A DNA stretch of 64,000 bases from Scenedesmus sp. PABB004 (lineage: Eukaryota): NCBI GenBank assembly GCA_014905635.1, contig JABVCE010000011.1:186001-250000 (forward strand), given 5' to 3'. Below, one piece after another: positions 1-13,310 of the stretch. The notes beneath the pieces are model-generated. The model was not told the DNA's origin, did no database searches, and saw only the letters and a program-made list of their open reading frames with translations. Both the position numbers and the translations under genes were made by a program. Every line of letters starts with the position of its first letter. Position 1 is the stretch's first letter.

Positions 1-354
1 CGGCGTGCACGCCGTGCGCTTCGGCAGGGCCCGGCGGCCAGCGCGGCGCGCGGAGGCTGGGCCGGTGCAGGAGCCGAGCGGCCGCCGCCGCCGCCGCCGC
101 CGACCATCCGGGGCGCGCGGGGTCGCGCCGGCGGCCTGCTGTCGCAGGACACGCGACTATTGGGGACGTGCTTCTCCGCCTCGGCGAGGACTGGGGCGAG
201 CACCCGGCGGGGCACATGCTGGTGAGCGAGACCTACTACAACCCTGGGCCCACGCTGGTCGGTGGCGTCGAGCCCATCCTGCGCGGCCTCATCGCGGCGC
301 CGCAGGCGCAGGTCGAGGCGCGGTGAGCCGCCGGCCGCGGGCGCGGGCGCACTC

Positions 355-397
<43 letters not shown>

Positions 398-3300
398 TCG
401 CGCGCGCATGGCGTGACGCGCCGCGCACGCTCGGTCGCCACACGCGCGCAGCTGGGCGCTGTCGGTCGCTGGCAACCTCATGGGCGCGTCGACCGTCAAC
501 GGCACCGACCTCGCTGCCATCAACATCCAGCGCGGCCGCGACCATGGCCTGCCAGACTACAACACCTGCAGGCGCGCGCCCGCGTGTGTGCTTGCGCGCG
601 CGCGCACAAGCGCAACGCCCACGGCGGCGACCGCCCGCCGCCCGCGGGCGGGGCGGCGCCCGCGAGCCAGTGCCCTGGCCAGCGCCGGCGCCACGCGGCC
701 GACGCGGCCGACGCGCCGCCGCCGGGGCACGGGCATTCGCCAGGCGGCTCATGGGCCTCGCGCCGGCCAAGGACTTTTCCGACATCACGCCCGACCGCGC
801 GCTCGCGCGCACGCTGGAGGACCTGTACGGCAGCGTGGGCAACGTGGACGCGTACGTCGGCGGCCTCGCGGAGCCCCACGTCCCCGGCGCGCACGTCGGC
901 CCCCTCTTCCACGCCTCCATACGCGACCAGTTCCTCCGGTGAGCCGCGCCGCGCTGTCGCCGCGCTGTGCTGTCGCCGCGGCGGCTGGCCGCGCCGCGCC
1001 GCGCACGGGGCGGTGCCCTGGCCGGCGGGCCGGCGTTTTCTGACCCGCGCGCCGCACACGCCGCACGCGCCGCGCCGCACACGCCGCCGCCAGGCTGCGT
1101 GAGGGTGACTTCTGGCACTATGAGAACGCGGCGGCCAACGGGCTCTTCACGCCGGCCGAGGTCGACGAGATCCGCAGCACGAGTGCGCGCGCGCGCCGCG
1201 CCGCCGGGCGCCGGCGGGCGCCAGGGACGCCGGCGGGCGCGGCCGCGGCGCCGCGCCGGCGGGCGAAGCTGCTGCTGACCCGCGCGCTTGCGCCCGCGCG
1301 CCCGCGCGGGCCAGGCCTGCGTGACATCATCGCCCGCAATACCAACATCACCGGCCTGCCGGAGGACATCTGGGTCGCGAGCACCTTTGCGACTGGGGCG
1401 GGCGCCTGCAGCGCGCCCGGCGGCGCCGGCGGCGGCGGCAAGCGCCTGCTCGCGCGCCCGCTGCAGGTGCGGCGCGGCGCTGCGCGTCGCGCGCGCAACG
1501 GCCCCGCGCGTGCGCGAGCGCCGCGCGCGCCGTGCGCCGCGGCGCGCAGGGCGACGCCGAGGTGGAGGTCACGCCCGCTACCGAGGACGGCTGGCTGCGC
1601 GTGCGCGTCGCCGCCGCGGGGGCGGGCTGGCTGGGGTTTGGCGTCGCCGCGCCAGGTGGGCGCAGCGGCGCCGGACGGGCCCCGCCCCTGCCACGGGAGC
1701 GGGGCGCCGCGGCCGGGCCACGCGCCCGCGCGGGGCACGCCCCCAGGTCCGCCCGCGCCGCCCCGCGCAGGCGCGGTCGCGCCGATGATCGGCGCCGACA
1801 TGGTCGTCGGCCGCATGGTCAACGGCGCGCCGCAGGTTTGACCGCCCGCGCGCCCGCGTGCCTGCCGCCGCTGCGGCGGTGTCACGCCTCGAGCCCCCGG
1901 CGTTGAGCGCAGCGCGCGCCCGCTCGCCCGCCCCCGCCACGGCTCTCCCCAAACCCAGGTGGCGCGGTTCCACGCGACCGACCACGTGCCGCCCCAGGCG
2001 GTGCCCGACGACGCCGCGGCGCCCCGTCTGCGCCTCATCAGGTCTGACACCCCCCCCCCCCCCGCCGCGCGCGCCAGGCCAGGCCGCCGCGCGCGCTGGG
2101 CCGCCGCGGCCGCCGCAGGCGCGGCCGCCGGCCGCGCGCTCGCTCACGCCGCCGCCGCCGCCGGCGCGGGCCGCCGCCGCGACCAACCTGCCGGCGCAGC
2201 TTCCGCCAGTCAGACGGGTCGACCAGCATGGAGTTTGAGCGCCCGTCCGCGGGCCCCGCCGGCGGCGCGGTCGGCAACGCGCTGCCCACCGACGGCCCCG
2301 TCACCCTGCTTGTCGCGCGGGGGCCGTCCAACGACTTTGGGGCAATGGCCAACTATCACGGGTGAGGCCGCGCCGGCACCGGCCGGCCGGCCGGGCGGCG
2401 GCGGCGCCCAGGGCGCCCACGCGCCGCGCCGCCGCGCTCACGGGCGCGCGCCGGCCCGCCGCCGGCGCGCCGCAGCGTGGCCAACCGCGAGCCGCTCGCG
2501 CTGCCGCGCCTCTTCACGGGCGACGGCGCGTTTGTGCCGGCGGCGGTGACGCCCGCAGCGACGCCGGGCGCGATCGCGAGCCGGCGCGCGCACGGCACGC
2601 TGATGGCGGTCAACTTCATGGTGGGTGGGGGGGGGTGTCAGAGCTCAGAGCTCTGAGCGCCGGGAGCTCTGAGCGCCGCGCGGCGGCCACGTTCGCGCGG
2701 CGGCCTGCCGGCTGCAACCCGCGCGCGTGCGCGCCGCGCCGCAGGTGGTCATGCCCCTCGGCGCGCTCGCGGCGCGCCAGCTGCGCTGCCACTGGCTGCG
2801 CTCGCCCGCGCTGCGCGCCGCGCTCTTCTACGTCCACATCGCCACGCAGGCGCGGCGCCGCCCCCTCCGCCGCCGCGCCGGCCCGCCGCGCCCGCCCCGC
2901 CGCCGCCGCCCGCGCCGCGCGCCGCCACACCACACCGCCGCCGCGACACCTCAGCCACACCAACCGCCGCCGCGACACCACGGCCGTCGCCGCGACACCA
3001 CGGCCGCCGCCGCCCCGCACAGGTGAGCGGCATCGTGATCGCCACGGTTGGCTTCATCATTGCCACGCGCCTCTTCCACGTGCCATACCACCAGGTGCGC
3101 GCGCGCGCTTGCAGGACGCGCGCGCGCGCTTGCAGGACACTTGCAGGACGCGCCAGGACGGTTGCAAGCGTCCGCTTGCAGGACGCGCGCAGGGCGCGCG
3201 CCGCCGCCCGAGCCGCGCCCGCGCCCGCGCGCCGCGCGCAGGTGGCGTGGGGCCACGGCCGGCTGGGCGTGGCTATCCTGGTGCTCATATATTCCCAGGT

Positions 3301-4166
3301 GCGGAGCACGGGGGCGCTGCCCGCCGCCCGAGCCGCGCAGCGGCGCCGCAGAGGGCGCCGCCGTGCGGCGCCGCCCCGACCTGCAACCCCGACCCGCCGC
3401 AGCTGCTCGTGGGCTTCGCTCGCCCCGCCGCGAGCGCCGGCAGCGCGGCCGCGCGGCAGGCCTGGGACATCGGCCACACGCTGCTCGGCCGCGCGGTGAG
3501 ACGCGGCGCCGCGCCGCGCCGCGCCGCGCCGCGCCTGCCGCGCCCGCCGCTGCGGGCGCCGCCGCCGACGCCCGCGTCGTCGCCGCGCGGCGCGGCGCCA
3601 GGCGATGCTGCTGGGCGTGGGCAACGCGGCGCTGGGGATCTTCATCTTTTCGAGCGGCTACGGCGGTGAGCGCCGCGCCGCGCCGCGCCGCCGCTCTCGC
3701 GCGCGCTTGCCCGCGCCCGGAGGCCGCCGCCCGCCGCCACGCGCCGAGCCGTGCCGCGCCGCGCCGCGCCGCCGCCCCCAGGCAACCTCACGACCTGGGG
3801 CGGCCTCTGCTTCGCCGCGCTCGTCTCCGTGTCCCTGCTGCAGTACCTCGCAGACCGCATGGAGAAGTATGCGGTGCTGCGCGCTGACGCGGCGGCGGCG
3901 CGGGGCGGCGGCGCGCCCGCCGGCCACGGCGCGGCCGCCTCCAAGCTCGGCGACAGCAGCGAGCTCGGCAGCGGCGGCCCGAGCTTTGTCGCGGGCGGCT
4001 TCAAGCCGCAGCAGGCCGGCGCGCGCGACGTCGCGCCGGCGGGCGCCGACGGCGGCGGGCGCGGCCGCGGCGGGCGGCTGACGGAGGCCGCGCTGCGCCG
4101 GCACCACGAGGCGGCCGGCGCCGCGCCGGCGCACGGGCTGGGCCCCGACGGCGCGTGGGCGGCCGA

Positions 4167-4207
<41 letters not shown>

Positions 4208-4305
4208 ATGGCGGGCAGGCCGTGGGGCACTACTACCCGGCCCCGCTACCGCACCAGCTGGACCTGCAGCCGGGCGGCGCCGGCGGCGCCTGGCGCGGGG
4301 GTTGA
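1..4305 (+). CDS. Heme peroxidase (peroxidase-cyclooxygenase family) fused to DOMON and cytochrome b561 domains; 5' partial, ~17 exons
   Basis: Spliced exons give peroxidase motifs RFG/H, DLAAINIQRGRDHGLPDYN, DAYVGGLAE and DQFLRLREGDFWHYEN. DOMON motifs follow (GWLGFGV, MIGADMVVG, NYHG), then TM segments with four His (RAHGTLM, YVHIATQ, GHGRLG, GHTLLGR). Stop TGA at 4303-4305. Confidence 0.85.
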
Positions 4306-5145
4306 GCGAGGGGCGGCCGGCGGCGGCGGAGGGAGGGAGCTCGGTCGCACTGTCAAAAAGGACGGGGTGCCTGGGGATTCGTGCTGTGCTTTCGGTCTCA
4401 TGGGCGCACGCCCACCGCCACACTCCTAACGCTCGCGCGCGCGCCGCCCGTGGCGGCGCGTGCCCCCGGCCCCCCCTGCGCTGGTCATGGCGCTGCACCT
4501 GTCGTCGCTGCGTTGACGCGCGCGCACGCACACATCGGTCTGAGGGTTGGCGGCTTGGCGGCCGCAGGACTGCGCTGAGTTGTGCTGTGCGTCTCTGCCT
4601 GCTGCGGGGTCGGTTCCGCGTCGCGTTCGCCACGTACTAGCACTGTCACCACGGGCCGTGCACGCGTGCCATCCGCCTCGAGCAAAGCTGCCTGCGGGGT
4701 CCACGACCGTGGAACCGACATGTCCGACGTGCGTGACGCAGTGCGCCCCCCTCCCACAACTTGACCAAGTGCGCGCAAAGTAGAGAGGTTCCGACACCAC
4801 CACCGCCAAGGAGGAGAGGCACCGTCCGCTGCTGACTGACACACTCACTTGCGCGCGCGCTGCGATCCAGCCGCCACACCGCCACCGCCAAACGGGTCGG
4901 GGAACCAACGCCCGCGCGCGCACACACGCGGCAGGGGGACGGTCAACACGCAAAAGGTTTGGAGGGGCGCCGGCCGATGCCGCCAGCCAGCGCCCCCGTC
5001 ACAGCCACCACCAGCACCGGGGCCTGGCAACCCCGCGCCCGCCGCGCGCCGTCAAACCACCACGGCCGGCCCCGGAGCCGGCGCCCGTCTCTCCCACCAT
5101 CTGCCGCGGGGCCCGCGGAGCGCGCGTAGGGCGCGCCCGCGCTGC

Positions 5146-5897
5146 TCAGTAGCCGCCGCCGCCGTAGCCGCCGCCGCCACCGCCGTAGCCACCGCCGCCG
5201 CCGCCGTAGCCGCCGCCGCCGCCACCGTAGCCGCCGCCGCCGCCGCCGCGGCTGCCTGCGAGGCAGCGAGGGAGAGGGACGCGCAGCAGCAGCGGCGGCG
5301 GGGCAGCGGGGGGTCAGGGGGGGCCGGGAAGCGCACGGCAGACGCGGACCGCAGTCCCGAGATCTTGTGAGCTGCGTCGCAGCGGCCCAGGCGCGCGAGC
5401 GCTGCTGCCAGCCGGGGTGGCGAGGTCTGGTGATCGACGCCGCCCCAGGCCGCGCCGCGCGCCCCGCGCTGCCTGCAAGCACGCACCGGGAGGCTGCGCC
5501 TCATTCACGCGGATGGTGCGGCCCTGCGGGTGCGCGGGTGCGCAGGGGCGCGGCGGGCGGGTCAGGACGGCGGGGCGCGCCCGCCGGCGGCCGCCCCGCG
5601 TCGCGCGGCGCCGCGGCGCCTCGGCCGCGCGCCGGGGCGGCGCGGGCGGTCCGCGCGCCGGGTCCGGCGGCGCGGGGCGCCCTGCGGCCGCACCAGGAAC
5701 TCCTGCTCGTTCAGGTGCGTGATGGCATCCTGGGCGCCCGAGGTCATGGAAACGAAGCCAAAGCCGCGCGGGCGGCCGGTCTCGCGGTCAGAGGGGATGA
5801 ACACGTCCACCACCTCGCCGTACTGCGCAAACAGCTCGGAGAGCTGCTCCGTGGTCGTGGACCACGAAATGTTGCCGACGTAGAGCTTGGTCGTCAT
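5146..5897 (-). CDS. Glycine-rich RNA-binding protein (single RRM plus GGGGY tail), 3 exons
   Basis: MTTKLYVGNISW (RNP2), RPRGFGFV (RNP1), GRTIRVNEAQ; the last exon 5255-5146 encodes GGGGY repeats and TGA. Confidence 0.92.
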
Positions 5898-6191
5898 CTT
5901 GGCGGGCGGGGGGAGCAGCAGGGGCGGAGCCGGAGAGTGCAACGCGGCGTGGCGGCGCGGCGGGCTGACGCGGTCGGCCGCTCGTCGTGACGTGGTGCGC
6001 GGTTTGAGGCGCAGCCGCCGGGGCAGCCCGGCGCCCCGGGCCGCCCTCGTCCGGCGCGCTGCCACTCGCCGCCGGCGTCGCACGCACGCACGCACGGCGG
6101 CGCTGCGCGCCCAGCCTGCCGCTCGCTCGCTGCGGCGCGCGTAGCGCGGACCGTTGCCGTCCAACACGTCGGTTGCTCAACTCCGAGTGAC

Positions 6192-7121
6192 TCACTCGAA
6201 CAGCAGCGCGTGGCCGAGCCGCACGAACGCCGCGAGCCCGAGCACGCACGCCACCTCGGCCGACCCCGGCGCCGCCCAGAGCCACGCGGGCGTGCCGCGC
6301 GGCGGCCACGCGGTGGGGTCGTGCCCGCTCGGGCCCCAGGGGTTGCAGCGCAGCAGGCGCCACGCGGTGAGCACGCTGCCGCGCGCGACGCCAAACGCTC
6401 GATAGCTGTCCATTGCGTACACGCTGCAGCTCGGCACAAAGCGGCACGTCGACGCCATGGACGGGCTCAGCACGCGCCGGTACCACCGCAGCGCCGCGAG
6501 CGCCGCCGCGACGCCCGGGCTGTCGCCGTGCGCGCCGCCGTCGGGGCCGCCGGCCCGTCGGGCGCGGGGCCGGCGCCGCCCAGCAGCTCGGGCAGCGGCG
6601 GCAGGCCCGTCGCCGCCGGCGGCGGGGCGGGCGCGCCGCTGCCGCTGCTGCTGCCGCTGCTGCTGCTGCCGTCACTGCTGCTGCCGCTGCCGCCGGCGCC
6701 GTCGGCTCTCAGCGCCAGCGGCGCCCAGCCGCGCTCCTGCACGGCGTCGCCGAGCGCGCAAGCCCACGCGAGCGCCGTGCGCTGCTGCGCGCACGCCTGG
6801 CCCTGCGCCGGCACGGCGGCGCATGAGCGGCGGCTCGTCGTGCGGGCGGGCGGCCCCGCCGCCGCCGGTCGCTGCTGCTGCCCCCCCCCCCCTCCCTCTC
6901 GTCCTGGCACGCACCTGGCGCACGTCGCCCGCACGTGGCGCGTCCGGCAGCACGAAGCGCTGTGCCAGCTCCGCGCCGACGCAGCGCAGGCAGTCGGAGC
7001 GCGTCTGCCGGCGGCGCAGCCGCGGCGCGGCGGGCTGCGGCGGCCCCCCGACCGGCGCAGCTGCGTGCGAGGGCCGGGGCGCGCCGGGGGCGGTGCGGCG
7101 CGGCACGGGCGCCGCCCGCAT
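6192..7121 (-). CDS. YidD-like membrane protein insertion efficiency factor with N-terminal extension
   Basis: LRWYRRVLSP..TCRFVPSCSVYA..G..RG..L...RLLRCNPWG..GHDP. Start at 7121 and an intron from ~6914 to ~6803 are inferred; there is an apparent 1-nt frameshift near 6550. Confidence 0.8.
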
Positions 7122-7505
7122 GGCGCGCCGCGGCGAGGTGTGCGTGGGCGGCGGCGCCGGCGCGTGTGCGGCGCGGCTGCGGGCGGCGGCGACGGGCGGG
7201 CGGCTGGGCGCGGGCAGCGGCGTGTGGGCGCTCGCGCAAGAGAGGATTGCGCTGCTGCGTCGCAGCGTTGCGAGGGTTCCGCCGCCCGCCCCGGACGACG
7301 CGTGCGCGCCGCCGCGCCGCGCGCATGCCGCGCGCGCGCCTCCTGCGCGCCCCACACGCGCTCGATCGCTGGGGTGACTCTGGAACGCGAGGGCTCGCTC
7401 ATTGTTGCCAAACTCCAATCAGCTGCTGCTCGCTGCTCCTCGTGCCGGCATGGGCTGATCGGGCTCGCCCTCCGCGCGCCCAGCCCATCACCAACGCGCC
7501 CCGCC

Positions 7506-10500
7506 ATGCGCGCGGGCGCGCTGCGCCGCGGCGCGGCCCCGGCGCGGGCGCTCGCCCCGCGCGCGCTCAAAACGCCAGCAGCGCGGCGCGGGCGCGCCGT
7601 GGCGGTGCGGCTGAGCCACTACAGCGCTGCCTTCTACGACCTGCAGGCGCAGCGCCCGCTCGACGCGCTGGACTCGCTGGCGCCGCAGCAGCTCGCGCAT
7701 CTCGTGCACGGTGCGCGGCCCCCAGGCGGCCAGGACGGCCCCACCGGCCGCCGGGACGGCGGGCCCTGCTGTCCCCGCGCCCGCAGCGCGCTGCGCAGCT
7801 GCGACGCGGCGCCGCGGCGCCGCGGCGCGCCAGCAACACGTAGCGCTGCTGCCGCGTCAGCGGGCGCGCCGCCGCCGCCCGCCGCCGCGCTGCGCGCGCC
7901 CCGGACTCTGGCGCCCCGCCTGCCAATCCCTCCCGCCCCGCCCTCCCGCCCTCCCTCCCCGCGGCAGGCGCGGCGGCGGGCGGCCTGAGCGCGAGCGGCG
8001 CGCTCTACCTGGCCACGTTTTGCGCGCTCTCGGTCACGCTCGGGGCGCTGTTCTACAGCCTCACCTCCGTGCTCAACGAGTACTTTGACCTACAGGCCCG
8101 CCTCACCAGCAGGCCGCAGGTGCGGGGGCGGGGCCGGAGAGGCGCAGCGCGCGCGCGGCGCGGCGACGCGACGCGACGCGCCCGGCCGCGCCCGACGCCC
8201 GGCCGCGCCCGACGCCCGGACGCGCCCGCCCGCCCGCGCCGCGCAGGAGCGGCCGACGCTGCACGGCGTCGACGTGTCGCGCAGCGCGATGTTCACGGGC
8301 AGCGCGCGCGTGCGCGCCGCCGCCGACTTTGCGGCGGCCGCGCACGCGGGGCAGCGCCGCAAGACGGGCGAGCCGTACGTGCGGCACTGCATCGAGACCG
8401 CGCTCATCGTGGAGGCCAACCTCCCGCACTGGCGCCACGACAGCAGGTGCGGCGACGCCGCGGCGCGCGCGCCCGCGCCCGCGCCCGCGCCCCGCGCCGC
8501 GGCGGTGTCTTGCCGCGGCGGCGGCATCTGCCCACCGCGCCTGCCCCGCGCGCGCGCGTGCGCTGCCAGGCACGAGGACGCTGTCATTGCCGCGCTGCTG
8601 CACGACACGCTCGACGACACGCCCACCACGCCCGAGGCGATCGGCGCCGCATACGGCCCCGCCGTCGCGGCGATGGTGGTCAAGGTCTCCAAGCTCTCCC
8701 AGGTCAACCAGATGCTGCGCCGCGACAAGCGCAAGGTGCGTTTGCCCCGCCGCCGCCGCGCGCCCCGCGCCGCGCTGCCCGCACGCCCCCGCCGCCGCGC
8801 GCGCGCCGCGCCGCGCACCACGCCGCGCCGCGCCGCCCGCCGCGCCGCCGCGGCGTCGCACCGCACCGCGCCGCGCGTCCCGCTCCGCAGGGCGTCGTGT
8901 CTGGCGACCCGGGGTTCTGGGCGAGCCAGTGGGGCCGGCTGAAGCGCATGATGTTTGAGGCGGTCGTGGAGGAGCCGCTGGTCATCCTTGTCAAGCTCGC
9001 CGACCGCCTGCACAACATGCGCACCGTGTACGCGCTGCCGCCGGCGAAGCAGCAGGCGGTCGCGGAGGAGACGCTCGCGGTGTGGTGCTCCATGGCCGCG
9101 TCGCTCGGCTGGCACGGCCTCAAGGCGCGGCGCGCGGCGCGGCCCGGCGCGGCGCGGCGCGCCCCCGCGCGGCGCGGCGCAGCGCGCCCGCCCACGCTGC
9201 CCCGCCCCCGCGCTGCCCCGCCCCCGCGCTGCCGCGTCGCACAGAGTGAGATGGAGGACCTGTGCTTTGCCGTGGTGCAGCCGGCGCGGTACTGCGCGCT
9301 TCGCCAGGAGCTGGACAAGCTCTGGTCGTCGCCGCCGCCGCCGCGCAGCCGGCGCCGGGTGCGCGCGACACGGCGCGCCGCGCAGCTCGCGGCGCTGGCG
9401 CAGGCGCAGGCCGCGCTGGACGAGGCACGCGCGGAGGCGCGCGCGGAGCCCGGCGGCGCGCTGGGGCGCGGCCTGCGCGGCCTGCGCGCCCGGCTGTGGG
9501 GCCCGCCGCCGGCGCGCGGCGGCGGCGGCGGCGCGCAGCAGCAGCAGCTGGACGCGGGCCAGCTGCAGGCGGTCGCCGAGCGCGCCCAGGACGGCAGCGC
9601 GGTCGCTGCCGCGGGCAGCGCCGGCAGCCAGCAGCAGGCGCTGCAGGCGCAGGCGCAGCAGCAGCAGCTGCTGCAGCAGCAGCCGCAGCAGCAGGCGGCG
9701 GGGCTCAACCTGCTGTCGCGCGCGTGGCAGTCGGCCGCCGCGCCGCTGCTGCCGGCGCCGCCCGAGCCGGACGGCACGGACCCGCAGCGGCCCGGCGGCG
9801 GCGAGTGGGGCGTGACGGACGCCGCGCTCAGCCTGCGCGCGCTCCTGGGCGCCGGCCGGGCGCCGGGCGCCGCGGACGGCGGCGTCGCCGCCGCGGCGGC
9901 GGGCGGCGCGCAGCCGGCGCCGGCGCCGCCCGGCGGCGCCGCCGCGCTGACCGCGCAGCAGCAGCAGCTCCGCGCTGTGCTGTCCACGGTCGTGCCGTTT
10001 GACGCGGTCAGCCTGCGGGGCAGCCGCGGGTTGACCTGGTCGGCGCGGCAGGGGCTGTCGGTGCTCGAGGAGGCCGCGGGGCGCCTCTACACCGAGCTCG
10101 CCGTCGGCAGCTTCAGCTGCGGCCTCGGCGTGGAGATCCAGGGCCGGCTCAAGAGCCTGCGCAGCGTGAACGCCAAGATGGAGCGCAAGGCCTGCAGCGT
10201 CGAGGTGCGCGGCCCGCGCCGGCGCCGCGCCCGCCGACGCCGCGGCCCAGCGCGCGCCGCCGCGGCCCGCCGACGCCGCGCGCGCCCCGCCCCCGCCCCC
10301 GCCCCCGCCCCCGCCCGGGCGCCGCCGCCGCCGCGCCTCTGCAGGAGGTGTACGACGCGCGCGCGCTGCGCGTGGTGGTCGACGACGCCGGCGGCACGCG
10401 GCTGGCCGACGCGGTGCAGTGCTGCTACCGCCTGGTCGGCGCGGTGCACAAGCTCTGGTACCCGATACACGGCGAGTTCGATGACTATGTGGCCAACCCC

Positions 10501-12659
10501 AAGCCCAGCGGCTACCAGGCGCTGCACACCGCGGTGTGGGGCCCCGGCGGCGCGGCGCTGGAGGTGCAGATCAAGACGAGCGGCATGCACGAGCACGCCG
10601 AGTACGGCGGCGCCGCGCACTGGGCGTACAAGGAGGTGCTGTGGGGCTCGCCGCCCGCGGCCGCGGCCGCGGTCAACGCGCTCGAGGGCGCGCCGCTCGG
10701 CGCGCCCGGCGGCGCCGCGGGCGGCGCGCCGGGGCGCTACAGCCGGCAGGCGGAGGCGGGCGGCGCCGCGTCGGCGGCGGCCGTGGAGGCGCTGCCGACA
10801 CTGCTGTTCTCGTTCGACGACGACGGCAGGCTGCTCAGCAGCAGCCAGCTCGCGGCCGCCGGCGGCGGCGGCCTCGGCGGCGGGCTGCTGGAGCTGGCGG
10901 AGCCGGCGGCGCCTGGCGGCGCAGGCGGCGAGCGCGGCGGGCGCGTGCTGGTGGCCGCGGCGCCGGCCGGCGCCGCGGTGGCCACTGCAGCGCGCGCCGC
11001 GGCGGCCGCGCCCGGGGCGCAGCAGGCGCCGGCGCAGGCCGGCGGCGAGGCGCCGCTGCGGGCGCGCATCGCGGCGCTCAGCCAGCAGGCGGCGGCGGCG
11101 GCGGCGCCAGAGGCGCAGCCGGCCGGCGGGGCGTGGCCACGCTGCAGCGGCCCGCCGGCCGCGGCGGCGGCGGCGGCGGCGACGGCCCTGGCGCGCGGCC
11201 GGGCGGCTGGGGCGCGCCGCCGCCGGCGCCGCGCCCGTGCCGCCCGCGTACGTCGGCCAGCCCGTGCTGCGCATCTCGGGCCGCCTGCGCTACGGCGCCG
11301 TGCTCGCCGTGCTGCCCCGCGCCGGCGGCGGCCTCGCCGCGCCGCTGCCGCCGCTCGGCGGCGCCGCGGCCGCGCCGCCGCCGCCGCCCGCCGACGGGTG
11401 CAGCCTGCTGTGCGTCATAATGAGCGGCGGGACCAACCCGGAGCACCCCTGGCGCATGCCTGACTATGGCTTCTATGCCCAGCTGCTCGGCTACGCGGGC
11501 GCCGCGGGCTGGACGGCGCCGGGGCAGGGCGATTGGCATGCGCGGCTCGAGGAGTACGAGTGGTGCCGCGACGGCCGGTGCGGCGGCGCGGCGGACCCGG
11601 CGCGGCGCGGCGCGCGCCCCCGCCGCGCGGCGCAGCCGCTGCGCGCCGCCGCCCACGCCCGCCCCGCCGCGCCCGCGCGTCGCGCCAGGTGGCACCGCCG
11701 CGACCACATGGGCTACCTGCACCCCCACACCACGCTCACGCTGCTGGAGGGCTATGAGCGCGACGCGGCCGAGGCGGCCGCGCGCGGCAGCGGCGCCGAG
11801 GCGGCCGCGCCCGCGCCGGCGCCCGCGCCCGCCGCGCCCCTCGCGGCGGCGCGGGAGGCCCGCGCGGGCGGGGGCGAGCCGCCGGCGGGCCTCGCCGGCG
11901 GCCCCGTGAGTGCGGCGGGCGCGCTGCTCGCGAGCGTCCGCGCTCGCGGCGCGCGCGACGCCAGCAGCCTGCTGCACAGCTGGGCGACGGGCGGCGCGCC
12001 GCGCGACGCCGGCGGCGCGGCCGCCGGCGCGGAGGAGGGCGGCGGCGACGCGGGCGGGCCCCCCGGCGCGCGCCGACGCGGCGCCCGCCGAGGGCGCCGC
12101 CGCGGGCGCCGCCGCCGGCCTGGGCGCCGGCTCCGACTGGGCCGCGACGGCGGCCAAGGCTGCGCAGCTGCGCAGCGTGATCGAGTGGGGCATGGAGGCC
12201 TATGGCGTGCCCACCGCGGCGGAGCAGGGCGGCGACGTCTCGGTCGTCATCTGGCCAGGTGCGCCGCCGCCGCCGCCGCCGCCGCACCGCTCCGCTGCCT
12301 GCGTGTGCGCAGCTGGGGCGAGCGCGCGCCGCGCCGCGCCGACCCCGCGCTGCCGCGCGCCGCCGCGCGCCGCAGGCGGCGTGATTGAGGACGTGCCGCG
12401 CGGCACCACCGCCGGCCAGATCCTGCGCGAGCGCGGTGTGCTGGCCATCCTCGACGCCCCCGACGGCGCCGCACCCGCCGCCGCCGCGGCCGCGGCCTCC
12501 GCCGGCGGCGGCGCGGAGCGCGCGGAGGGCGGCGGCGACGCGTCGGCGCCGGGGCGGCTGGTCAACGTGGTCAACGTGAACAACCGCCTGGTCAGCGAGG
12601 ACACCGTGCTCAGCGACGGCGACCTGGTGATCCTGGCGCGCGAGCGCATCAAGATATGA
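7506..12659 (+). CDS. RSH: RelA/SpoT homolog ((p)ppGpp synthetase/hydrolase), probably plastid-targeted, with TGS-like C-terminus
   Basis: HD-domain motifs AHAGQRRKTGEPYVRH, AALLHDTLDD and VKLADRLHNMRT. Synthetase motifs GRLKSLRS, YDARALRVVV, EFDDYVANPKPSGYQALHT and EVQIKT..MH..AEYGGAAHWAYKE. C-terminus VNVNNRLV..DTVLSDGD. Confidence 0.93.
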
Positions 12660-13310
12660 GCGCGCCGCAGCCAGCCGGCGCCGGCGCCGCGCCGCGCACG
12701 CCCGCCGGCTGGGGGTGCCGCGCCGCGCCGCGCCGCGCCGGCCGGGTCTGTACCATCAGCGTTCCGTGTGCTGAAGTTCACCGCGCGTTTGGTCTAGGCC
12801 AGCTGTTGATGCCGCCGGCGGCGCGCCGCCCGGGGGCAATGTGCACTGTTTGGGTCGCGAGCGTGCGCGGTGTGCCGCTGGACGGCGGCAGGGGACGGCG
12901 TGACGTGGGGCGGCCCGGCGCGGCCGAGCGCCGCGCTGCCGCCCGCACAGATGTCCGGGCTCCCGATGCGCGTGGTGGGACGAGTGTGCGAGAGCGTGTG
13001 TGCGCGCGGCGGCGGTCGGTGGGCTCCGCGCGATTCTTTGCCGCCGCGCCGGCGCGCGCGTGGGCCGGCGGCGCTGCGCGCGCCGCGGGCGGCGGCGCGC
13101 AGGATGGCGATGTGAGCTGGCGGCTGCTGGCGGCGGGCCATGGTAACCAACAGGGGCGCGGCAGGGAGGGGCGTGTACCACCAGCGGCGGCGGTTTGGAT
13201 TGGTGGATCGATAGGCCGTGTGACGGCGCTGCGTCGGCGATGCCAGCCCGCGGCGGCGGGAGTTGTGTGCGGCTGCAGCGCGTGCACGTGGCGGCGGGTA
13301 ACGTCAGGCT

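Noticed and set aside
2636..2676. CTCAGAGCTCTGAG palindrome with a short duplication in an intron
   Set aside because: Too short to support an element or RNA call.
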